Shown here piece by piece: positions 10,193 through 19,818 of a stretch of 64,000 nucleotides of DNA. The notes under the pieces are model-generated. The model saw only the letters and a list, made by a program, of their open reading frames with translations. It searched no databases and had not been told where the DNA came from. The DNA is taken from the NCBI GenBank assembly GCA_977862235.1, contig OZ374562.1, positions 1,984,001 through 2,048,000 of the forward strand, given 5' to 3'. The first letter of the stretch is position 1. The number at the start of each line of letters is the position of its first letter. The position numbers and the translations under genes are program-made. This DNA is from Dudresnaya verticillata. Lineage: Eukaryota.

Positions 10193-10784
10193 TATCCCTT
10201 ATAGTCTGGCTTCCCGCTACCGCTGGTAGCGTCTTTTGCCAGACTCTTAGCTGTCTCGATGACATATTTAGCAGACAGTTCTTGGTAGACATCTGCATAG
10301 GCCTCTGATGGAACCTGGTGTCGCTTGGCTTCGACTCGTGTCTCAACAAGTTCGGCAATTTGGTTGGCCTGACTTTGTCCTTTCGACAGTACAGTCTGAA
10401 AGTGAGCGGTGCGCATGGAGAGGACTTCTTGAGCACCATTGAGGCCTTCTTCGACGATACCAAGCAAGCGGAACTGCTTGTCGACATCTGGCTCGCCAGT
10501 AAGCAGCGACAGTGCTGCGAGGGACTGCTCAACCCAGCAGCCTGCTGCATGAACATATTCGAGCTCTTTTGCATTACGGCGGTCCTTCCGATGCGTCTCG
10601 AGGTAGAGTGTAGTCTCAGGCTTAAAATAACCGACTTCATTGGGAAACAAGAGGCTAGATCGAGGCCGCAGACCTCGCCGCCCCACCATGCCAGCAGCCA
10701 GCTGGTGATTAACAAGCGAAGCATAATCCGAAGGTTGGGCAGCGGAAATAGAAAGTGAGGATTAAGGGGATTGGGTTCGGTCAT
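9096..10784 (-). CDS. Possible overprinted 562-aa ORF in the same frame as YR, overlapping gag and RT
   Basis: ATG-initiated, stop-free for 562 codons, separated from the YR ORF only by TGA-TAG at 9093-9098. No recognisable domain. Confidence 0.4.
   Translation of the reverse strand: MTEPNPLNPHFLFPLPNLRIMLRLLITSWLLAWWGGEVCGLDLASCFPMKSVILSLRLHSTSRRIGRTAVMQKSSNMFMQQAAGLSSPSQHCRCLLASQMSTSSSACLVSSKKASMVLKKSSPCAPLTFRLYCRKDKVRPTKLPNLLRHESKPSDTRFHQRPMQMSTKNCLLNMSSRQLRVWQKTLPAVAGSQTIRDNAFRAEPHAWPLAPSSVGRHPAKSAELGENLRVRLRHPHSDFRSVGSSAAPVHHRTGTSRNPSESRRSLFWQEGASGGLWYWDLPTGEFRVRTSESRPRCSNFKFVRYLAARKTAVHHQPQGAEQALGQEVCSNGNFVCVWCLSLSRRPSTVLRLVFRLQTFRTPPSDVGLVPFSLRWFILSLYRTSIRLDCFSVLVCQAFEPPYPVYAQGTRTSRVSLARQLSTSSRRQQKTKYRVGLRVYVRSARLSFSDFGNDTASFQRRTGKRGYTNGTSGSCYRHCGLQIFHISLKAPTNSRNDWTTSKDVSTKTTMGPGELAGKLLWQGGIPTYSCTIGTLLHTQFVRLLKRRLETTRPLSGVHSEAQS
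10192..10689 (-). CDS. gag: gag-like ORF1 of the YR retrotransposon (165 aa)
   Basis: Lies 5' of RT with a helical, charged composition. Its TAA overlaps the RT ATG (TAATG). Assignment is positional. Confidence 0.65.
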   Translation of the reverse strand: MVGRRGLRPRSSLLFPNEVGYFKPETTLYLETHRKDRRNAKELEYVHAAGCWVEQSLAALSLLTGEPDVDKQFRLLGIVEEGLNGAQEVLSMRTAHFQTVLSKGQSQANQIAELVETRVEAKRHQVPSEAYADVYQELSAKYVIETAKSLAKDATSGSGKPDYKG

Positions 10785-10840
10785 TGGTTTGAGTGGTTCA
10801 CCTGTCGATTAGACGGAAATCCTTTGTTCTCAGCTGTGAT

Positions 10841-11163
10841 GAGAACGAAGGAAAGCACTTGCCGAGAGAGCGATGGATGCGTTCGGCTACGGTATTATAT
10901 AGGCCGGGGAGAACTATTGTCTGCGACAGACGGTATAGTTTTCGCATCCACACGACAGGAATGCAAGTCAGAATTGCCCGAAGAGGCTACAGTGCAGTAA
11001 CTGTTTTCGGTAGCAATTCACTGATGCCGATTGCGGAGCCTGTAGACGAATTTGTAGACGCCGCTGTCGGCACTCACAGCTCTGACTTGGGGACGTTCGG
11101 CACGCTCGCTACCCTTGGCATGACTTTTCAACTGTGTAAAGCGATTGGGACACAAACTGAAAT
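10841..11163 (-). repeat. Direct repeat A1 (323 bp) of the YR retrotransposon
   Basis: Matches 6817-7139. Confidence 0.95.
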
Positions 11164-11636
11164 TGTGAGCTGATGGAACAGCACCTATGCAATGACATCC
11201 ATCAGTCGGTCCTTCGAGATTTCTTTTTTGGGTTGAAGTGGAACGAAAGGCGAGAATCGTTCAACAAGTTTTCAAACCGCCGGAGATCCACATACTTATC
11301 TCTGCCGGCGGGAATTGTGGACGAGGGACGCGGGAGAACCGTTTCTTGGGAGGGCTACCCCCCACAGTACAGGAACAGGCTTTACTCATTTCAGGTGGGT
11401 CTGATTAGGGTTTGGGTCGGGTTTCCAACCTCTGCACCACCCAGATTGGTCGAGAAAGCGTCAGGGAGGTTCATGATCCTACAACGGGAACGATGATTCC
11501 GTCAATGCGGAAGAGCACATTCGTGGATTCTCCAGAGCCGCAGTCTAGAGGCGGAAACCCTCAGTACGGAGAGCTCAGATGAACGGCCATAAAATGTGAC
11601 TATTGCACGTAGATGGGGCACATATCAAGGCATTAG
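11164..11636 (+). pseudogene. Probable gag remnant of decayed gypsy D (middle part)
   Basis: MEQHLCNDIHQSVLRDFFFGLKWNERRESF lies between the YR and Harbinger insertions, upstream of the protease remnant. Confidence 0.45.
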
Positions 11637-12013
11637 AGGGTTTACGAAAAATCATGTGTGAGTATACTTGCCACCCTGTGCGACGTGCACCTATGCAGTG
11701 AGTATTGCAGAAAAGACAAACATTGCTATTACGCGAAACAAAACTAGGGTACTCTACAACGCAAGAACGCCCACAAGCACATCTGAAACCCTTCGGCAAC
11801 CGTCGTCGTTTCAATCCAGCAGTCATTTCCGTGCACCAAAGACACTGCATAACAAGAAATGGCATTCGCCGAGAACCAAGCAGGTACAGCCTGTTACTAA
11901 GAGGTTTCGCTGCAGATACGTCCGTATAGATGATGCACGCGCTCTGGAAAAGGTACAAAAGACCCAGGGGGTGTTATGAACGTACAACATCGCAGGATGC
12001 AGATTAGCAGAGC

Positions 12014-12960
12014 TGTTTTCAACGTAAACATATACAGCGACGAACAGACCCTACAAGACTTCCGCTTTCGCACTTGGGACATATTAAGATATCCGAGATT
12101 GTTGGGTGGAACTGTAGAAAAGTCAAAAGGAACCCATACTGTTGTAACTCCATAACCACATGCAGTATTATTCTCAGATGCCTTTTAGCTTCTTGCAGTG
12201 GTATGATTTAGAAACCGCTTTTGGGACGTGCTCCTCTGCTCTCTCAGAATTGTTCCGGGAGGTAGAATAGTATTTCGTTGCAAACAAAAGCTACCTACTC
12301 GCATTTGGTCAAAACATGATGGTAGAACGTGCACCGTTGTACGCAGAGAGCATCGAGAAGCGAGGGGCGCCACTCAAAACGTATTTTGGGTTCATGGACT
12401 GCACCCAAGTAGGGATAGAGAGGCCAGGGGTGACCTTTCAAAACAAGGATCGTGCTACTCAGTACTGAAGCGCATTCACTGCTTGATATATCCAACCGAA
12501 ACCACTCCTAACAGTCTACTATTCTCGCTGAATGGGACTGAAGTAGGCCGCCCGCATGGCATTACTCTGTACCAACAGAGTGGATAGAACAGGGGCTTTC
12601 GATATGTCTGTCTAACAACGGGGTCCATTACTACTTGTACGTGAACTCTGAATACAAAGTTAAACCTTAAATGCAGTTAAAATTTGACCGAAGCGCTGCT
12701 ACCGATGATCAGCTTGTGTTTAACGCTGCATTGAGTGCTGTAAGAGTTGCCGTGGACTGGAACTACTCGGATATGAAGCAGACATGGACGAGAAAAGACT
12801 TCGCGAGGGAACTTCAAGTTTTCATAACGTCTATTGCGCTCCTTTACAAAGCCTCCGGTCTACGTCTCAACTTCAAGACATGTGTCATGATATATGGGCA
12901 GATGTATAACAAATTCCAATGCCCTCCACCTTCGCCTGGAGAATATCTGAGCTGTTTAAC
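12014..12960 (+). pseudogene. Harbinger (DDE_Tnp_4-like) transposase pseudogene
   Basis: FNVNIYSDEQTLQDFRF, GAPLKTYFGFMDCT, CYSVLKRIHCLIYPTETTP...EVGRPH, FNAALSAVRVAVDWNY and FQCPPPSPGEYL, broken by stops and frameshifts. Confidence 0.82.
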
Positions 12961-13199
12961 AACCAAATTATGTCGCGATAGTGTAGCGAGCGAGCACCAG
13001 GCCGTGAGCATAGCGCGCCACTCGGAGAGAGGAACGAGCGGAAGCGCCTTTCGGATAGCTAGCGAAGCGATTCTGATGCTAGGCAACTCGTACGCCGACA
13101 AGAAAAATTCAAAGGGTAAACGAATGTGTACAGCTTCTACATTAGCATATCGAACTCTGCAGATATCGTTTGTCTCTGTTTCAGAGCTATGCGTCGCTC

Positions 13200-13943
13200 T
13201 TTTTATTCCAGTGCGAACCATTTCCCATCCAGATCGATCCAACTGCGATCAATGGTTGCTTGGGCCCTCTCAAAACCATTGTCGCGCTTCTTCCATTTCT
13301 CGAACCTCTATTCCTCCAGCCTGCGTCCTGACGAATAATGCGCCTCTCGTTGCTTCATTTTCTGTAGGAGCCAAGAGGAGACCTCATCATCTGAATCGTT
13401 TCGTATCGTACGCTTTACGATGATATGCTTTTGAACAAATGACAGTAAACCCCCCCTACAGCATCATTATCATCCGCTGTGTCTTTACTTCCATTGCCCC
13501 GGCGACCCAAGGCTTGAAACTGGATTCTATATGCGGCCTTCTACAGGCAACAGTCGCCACGGCTTTGCTCGTCCTTGAAATTCCGATCTGCCTCTCCGTT
13601 TTTATACATAGAAAGGATGAGATCGACTGAGATCATCTAGAAGCTTGTCCTTCTCGATAGCCCTTCCAAATTTCCGGATAAAAGCTCATTTCTCTTGACG
13701 TCCTCCCTTCTCCTCGCAACAAAGGGCTTAAAGGGATCGGAGATAATATTTGCCGTGGGCTATTGGAATATGACGAAGATCCCGGCGGAGTTCGGCAACT
13801 GTACTAGAAACGTTTGGAGCGCTGTTGAAGAGCGGCTCGCCCTGTTCCCATTTCGCGACATGCGCCTTCGAGTCTGCGACCGCATTGAGAAGGAAGATTT
13901 CTTGAGCGGGCGTGAAGTGGAAGGCCGTCTTAGCCTTGGTCAT
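13200..13943 (-). pseudogene. Harbinger second gene (Myb/SANT-like DNA-binding protein) remnant
   Basis: MTKAKTAFHFTPAQEIFLLNAVADSKAHVAKW N-terminus with an E/R-rich decayed tail, convergent to the transposase. The 3' end is approximate. Confidence 0.6.
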
Positions 13944-14399
13944 AACGGGGTTGCGGACGAGGGATGACTCGGCAGTCCAGGAGGGGACAGGGGCGGAGGT
14001 TGGGATAGGGTCTGCCTTGGTCGGTTTCCGGTTGGTGTCAGGTGATCTGGAGACGAAGGCGCGCATCTCGTTCCGGTGCGTTTTGGACCTTTTTTCGCGC
14101 AGACGCCTTCTAATACTTTCTCGAGTGAGGCTGTGGCCGCACGAAGATTCAAATGCAATCCACGCGTATTTCTCGAGAACGATGCAATACTTGAAACTTG
14201 TTGCACATGGACAGGCAAGTTTCAAGAACAATTTTATTGTGTAAACCCTATATTTTCCAAAGAAGAAGGCTGATAAGGAAAAGGACCAGGAAAAGAAGCC
14301 GCGGAGAAAGAACCCGTATCCGACGAATCCCGTAACTAGGGAATGGCGGTGATGATGGCAAGGACGTTTTAGGGGTCGTTTGGGGAGCCCAAGTCGGGA

Positions 14400-17050
14400 T
14401 TGTCCGCGGGAGACAAGGAAGCGATCTCGCTTCGTGTAACGGTGTGGCGGCAGGAGCTCTTGGCACCAGCGGATTCTTGTGCCGTGTCCGTTTGGGTTGC
14501 TGGGGATTGCTTTGAGCAGAGAGGTATTAAGGTTTGTGGGAAGGGGGCCAGAGTAGTGCAGTGGACGGCTCAGACCTCAACTTTGAGCGGGAAGGGATGC
14601 TCTCCTTCGCGTTTTGGGGCCACATCTTTCGCGAACTAGTTAGATAATCAGCCGCGTTCCCGACTGGCTGCTGATAAGACGGAGATTCTTACGCAGACAA
14701 AGCCTCAGAATAGACTTCAGGACTGGCCAAACCTCGATAATAGCGGACGGAAAACGTTTTAAAGGCACCATAGGAAAGTATTCCCGGCCGGCTGGCCAGA
14801 AAGAGATGATACGAACAGTCCTGGAAGGGCTCTAAGCAGGAAAAGCTGGAACGAAAAGCTTCGGAGAAGTTATTCCAGGGAGTTGTTGTGGATTATGCGG
14901 TGTCTCCGTAAGCTGCGAACAATTTTTTGTCAGAAAGAAGGACGGAGGCATCAGAGTAACACCAGACTTCCGAACATTGAATGATGTAACGGTCACCGAT
15001 GAGTATCTTATGAACGATGTGCGCAAACGTCTTAAAGAGTGAACGTCTTAAATTGAATGGCAAGCATGCGCATATTCTCAATTTTTGACTTGAAGCAGGG
15101 GTTCTTACAGTTTGCATTTGAGGAGCCTTGGAGGACCCTCACCGCAATCTTTACCGTAGTAGGGTCGCTGCCGTACATCAGGGTACCTATGGGCTTGAGA
15201 AACGGGCACGGAACCTCTTCGATGCATCGTAAACCTTATGGCCATGAAGGATCAGGACGCCATGGCGTTAATGAGTGACATGAGCACGGGAACGGTGGAT
15301 AAATCCTGCATCTGGAGAATCTGGAGGTTATCCTAGACGAGCACTACAATGCCGAAGTGCGACTCAAGTTCAGCAAATGCAGGTTCGGGAATCGTACTGT
15401 AGACGTTCTGACGCACCAGGTGGACGTGTATGGGCTGCATCCTTCTGACGGACACATGAAAGCCATAAAATCTCTGGTAGAGCCGAATTCTGAAGACGAG
15501 GCAGTACGGGTCCTGGGGATCGTGAAATACTTCTGAGAATTTCGCGCCACTCTAGGGAGAAACCGAATCCACTTTATGATTTACTGAAGGAAACGGGCCT
15601 CTCGAAGAAGCAGCACCACTCTCAGAAGCTATTAACTAAGGACTGAGATGAGAGGTCGGGAGAACCACTGGTGCAGGCCTGGATTGAGCTAAAGGAGGCC
15701 CTAAACCACCCGAACTTTCTGGTGGCCCCCAGAAGGAATGCAGCTTAAAGGATTATGATGGACGCCAATGGTTACGGGTTGGGAGCCATGCTCCTACAGC
15801 AGGACGAAGAGGGAGACCGAAAGCCGGTAGCTTTTTACCAGTAGGTTGCTAGTGAGATTAATAGGAAATAGAATCGCCTCCACGCTCTCTCAGCCCATTT
15901 ATTTAACGCCAGGTCGCGGCACTGCTGTCTGCTACCTCTATCCGTAAGGAACTACTGGTATGACACCAATTGATCAAACAGAGTGTGCATTCAAACTCTT
16001 GCTTGTTCGACAGGGAGACGGTGATGTAACGAAAAGGATCTCCCAGAACCGCGTTCGTGGGCATTCAAGTACTGATTATCTGGAGAAGAAGGGATTTTAC
16101 GGGATTGCAATGCATTTCGTGAATAATTAGAATACTCGTCTCGCCCCGGCTCTTGACTCGGGTACGATTGATATGGCATTGGGAGCTACAGAGGGACTCG
16201 AAAATAACGTCTTCCAGCATTTTCTCGCTGAGGCCATACGCCACGGTAACTTAGAAGTATTCTAAATCTGCCTGCAGAGAATGAAAGACTTGGATAGGCT
16301 CATGTTGTTGTATATCACTACTGGCAACTTCGAGAAGCTTTCCAAGGTATTGATGTCCAAACTGTCACTCCGCGTACCATTTCAGAGAATCTTAAGGTCT
16401 TTGAAATTATCGATGTGTCTAACCGCTTCGCGCGAGCAGTTGCCATCTCGAGGAGAAAGCCGATTTAATCTCCGATGCGTCATAGCGGAATGGGTCTGGA
16501 TATTTGGCCGTATAGAGGTCCTGCAGTCAGACGGCGGGACAATAATTATGTTCAAGGTCATGGATCACCTTTCTGATCAGCTAGGTATTGGTCGCATGAA
16601 GATATTTTCATATCAATCGCAGGCTAAAGGAACCGTCGAGTGTTGGAATAGAACGTTTGATCGCGATTTTGCCAGCTACATAGCAACGGAGGTGGTTTAT
16701 TGGGATGCACATGTGGCCCTCGCATGCTGGGGTACAATACGAGTGTGTGCTCTGCGACAGGAATGACATCGTATCAAGCTATGTCTTGGGATAGAAGTTT
16801 GAGGCATGGAGCGACATGGATGTGGGAACAACTGGCGAGGAGCCGGAAAGGATCGCACCCCGTCTGACCGAGCTTCACAAGCATCTACTGAGTCGAGTAA
16901 GGAAGGCTTTTCGTCACTGCAAGCCACAGTACGGTAAGACAGTGAGGGAAAGAGGGATATGATATTAAATGTTGGTGACAGTGTCTTGGTATGGCCTGCA
17001 AACCTTAAAAGGGTATGGGACGTAATATATTCAATCCCTGGTTTAAACCG
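14400..17050 (+). pseudogene. pol: Heavily decayed Ty3/gypsy pol (element D): PR-RT-RH-IN
   Basis: PR: LLAPADSCA. RT: PDFRTLNDVTVTDEY, FSIFDLKQGF, VPMGLRN, LKFSKCRFG. RH: MDANGYGLGAMLLQ. IN: LQSDGG, QAKGTVECWNRT. Many stops. Confidence 0.82.
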
Positions 17051-18322
17051 CACAGGATCGCCAAGAGGCTGGAAATGGTGGGATATGAGCTCCATCCGGA
17101 GTCAGCGAAAAACGAACAGGTGTACGTGCCAAAGGGCTCCGCAGAATCGGCACTGAGGTAGTGGAGACGGGGAAGCTGCACCACATTGTATTTCCAGACA
17201 GTTTGAAGATGTCTACGAAGGTATCCGCCGTAAAGATTGTCCAGGACAAGGAAGAAAATCGTTTCATTTCTTCAAAGCCAGCATAGAAGGAAGAGGGAAT
17301 GATTCGCAGACGTCGGAAATGGATCTACCGGAGGTTTTCATTAAGCTGTTTGCCCGTCCCTGCGCTAAGGATCTCCTCACCACGGCTGACCCAAATGGAG
17401 CCGATGCAGACGAAGATAGAAGCAATGGTCCAGATAATGCAGTTGACGAAAATAATGCGGTCGGTGGACAGGTAAAGGCCGAGGATAAGCATTAGGCTAT
17501 GACTCAGTTCGGTAGTAACTCAGAAGACGCTTATGTCCATAATCCCCCTCCGCACTCTGAGCGGCGGAACCGACGGGGCAACCACTCTCGAAGACCTCGA
17601 GATGAACCTCCAGTGGAGCAGGCATGACAATAATTTTAGGACGTTCTGAAGAGCACTGGAAGTCGTCCGCACAATGTGACTACTCGATAACTGGAAAACC
17701 GATAAGGGACGAGTGGTGAAGGCATTGTGGTGCTGCAGTATATTTCTATTAGTAGAACGAGAATTGATCACAACGAAAGGTTGCATGCAAATCGAGGGTC
17801 GCCCACAGGCGGTAGGAAGGGTCGAGCCGGTTCGAAGCTTATATCCTCTACACGTCGTAGATTCGGAGAGCAGAGAAGGAGGGAGCACAAAGGGTACAAG
17901 TATCACGGAAGCGAGGCTACAAAAAGTATAAGCATGAAGAATAATATGTGTTTTGTAAGCAGATTGCTGACCGATGTTCACGGACACGTAGGATACTCCA
18001 GATTGTGCATGACATGCACATTGTGCGTGCTGCCCTGCGCGCTGGGAACCTACCGGGGCTACCAATGTGAGCGTCTGATGTGGACTGTGTTACTGACCTA
18101 CACAGTACCCCTTTGACCAATCATAGGGTTCTTGGTTTGTCCCCGCCAGAGGCCCATAAGTAACGCTATTCTGAAGCGTCCACGTTTGTAGAGTGCCCAC
18201 TTCTGGAAGCCCTTCACTATAATAGAGACTTTATGCAATTTCGATAACTCCTTTTGCGGGAATATTGCCGTCATAGCCCTCTACTGAGTCTTACCCTACA
18301 GAAAGCACCGAGTATCTATCAT

Positions 18323-19670
18323 TGTGGTGAAGGAGACACTGCACCCCGACCCAAAGGCCGTTTCCAGACGGGGTGTCACAAGCTGACGCTACATCCTCTC
18401 CTCTCTGATTCGCCGCAGAACCCGAGGGACATATGTCTCATATTAGCTCCTGTCGGGAGGTATAGCACATAAGTGCATGGAGGCGCGGTGAAGCCTTGTA
18501 ACTTTCAACGATGGATTCGGATACAATCGGATGGCCTCATAGCCGAACGAACACGACTACAACGAAAAGGAATGCAGTGAATGGTAGAGCGTAAGTGACG
18601 AACGTAAACGGACCACGGCATCGACGAATACATATCCGAGAAGGGAACTCTTGAGGTAACCAGCATCGCTTGTGACCCGGACGCACGAATATATCGGAAG
18701 CGAGACTCTACAGTACCCGCGAAAATGTAGACGAAGAAGCGTAAACACGAAGGACACGCCATTTACTGAGAAAGGAATCCGAGGTACGGCGTTGGTTGCT
18801 TGGTAGGTACGATCGGACCTTTTCTCAGATATCGATTAAATACTACCTGCACGATTCATAAATCTTCTTCAACGCGGGAGACGGGTCAAACCTTGGATAA
18901 TCCGTAACGGCTTCGGAACCTGGCAAATAGCCGTCTCCCGTATGGAGGCTGTTGCGCCCCACCAGCAAACAACGCGGAGTCGCGCCGTTTCGCTGGCTGT
19001 GGTGTAGTGAAAGGCACACCTGTAAGGAGAGCTGATCAGGCAATCCCAATACGGAGTGATCTCACACGGCACCGGGTGGTCGAGCTTAGTTCGTAGACCG
19101 AAGGGAGTACCTCGAGCGGCAACACCTGTAAGGAGTAAAGGGACGCAACAGACAAGGGGGAAGGTACAGTGCCAGGGCACCTAGACCGGGACGGAGGTAA
19201 GAGGAATCCGTGCACGGGGCTGGCGAGGGGAAACCGTGAAGGAGTATGAGGGTAGGGCCTAGGGTAAGTCACTTTGCCCAGAGTTGCGTACCCATTTACT
19301 TAGGACTCGCGGTGGCCACCCATTAATATACTGGGAGATACGCCCCGCGGTCCGCTCCGTGTGGGCCAGACCCCAATGGTTCTGGTCCACCAGGTGGGTC
19401 CGGCCCTACTGGTCCCGGTCACCGTTGCGGACATGCTCGGCATTCTCATTGGCCGGCTGACACTACGTACTGTACAGCATCATTACAATTACCTAATTTC
19501 AAATGAATCAACTACTTGGCTCCTATTGGTGGTGCGCGCAGACTCCAGCAAGGCGTACAGTGCTACTGTATCGCTGCACTCCCGTTCGGTTTTTGGCGCC
19601 AGCTCACCGGTGCGCCGGTCGCGAGTCGGCTCAGCCGTCGTCGGCACTCCACAACGGCCGCTTCACCACA
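18323..19670 (-). repeat. 3' LTR of gypsy A (1348 bp)
   Basis: Perfect 10-bp terminal inverted repeats TGTGGTGAAG...CTTCACCACA, directly preceded on the minus strand by a PPT. Confidence 0.9.
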
Positions 19671-19686
19671 GACCCCCCTCCTTAAA
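19671..19686 (-). other. Polypurine tract of gypsy A
   Basis: Minus strand reads TTTAAGGAGGGGGGTC|TGTGGTG. Confidence 0.88.
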
Positions 19687-19818
19687 TGGTGACACGTACT
19701 CGTTCGCCTCGGGAGTTGGGTTCACACTCCGCTCCGGTGCACCGCCACATTCCATCATCCGCTCCCTTACCAACTGGTTCATCATCCTGCAGGTCAACCA
19801 ACGCGTTCTTCCATTCCG

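Larger units (their letters stand above)
6644..11163 (-). mobile_element. Tyrosine-recombinase (DIRS/PAT-like) retrotransposon: A1-gag-RT/RH/(MT)-YR-A2-unique 3' tail
   Basis: gag-like, RT/RNase H and YR ORFs are bracketed by 323-bp direct repeats. The left boundary is inferred from a 7-bp ACTGAAA duplication (6637-6643, 11156-11162) and a minus-strand AATAAA at 6657-6662. The secure minimum extent is 6817-11163. Confidence 0.88.
11637..14249 (+). mobile_element. Decayed PIF/Harbinger-like DNA transposon with two convergent genes
   Basis: Terminal AGGGTTTAC...GTAAACCCT plus inverted subterminal blocks (ACTTGCC, TGTGCRAC, AGTATTGCA). It carries a plus-strand transposase and a minus-strand Myb/SANT-like remnant. 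No intact TSD. Confidence 0.8.

Noticed and set aside
5610..18066. TGTG at 5610 and 18066 as 3' LTR starts of D-family elements
   Set aside because: There is no proper PPT, homology runs through the site, and no matching CA end was found.
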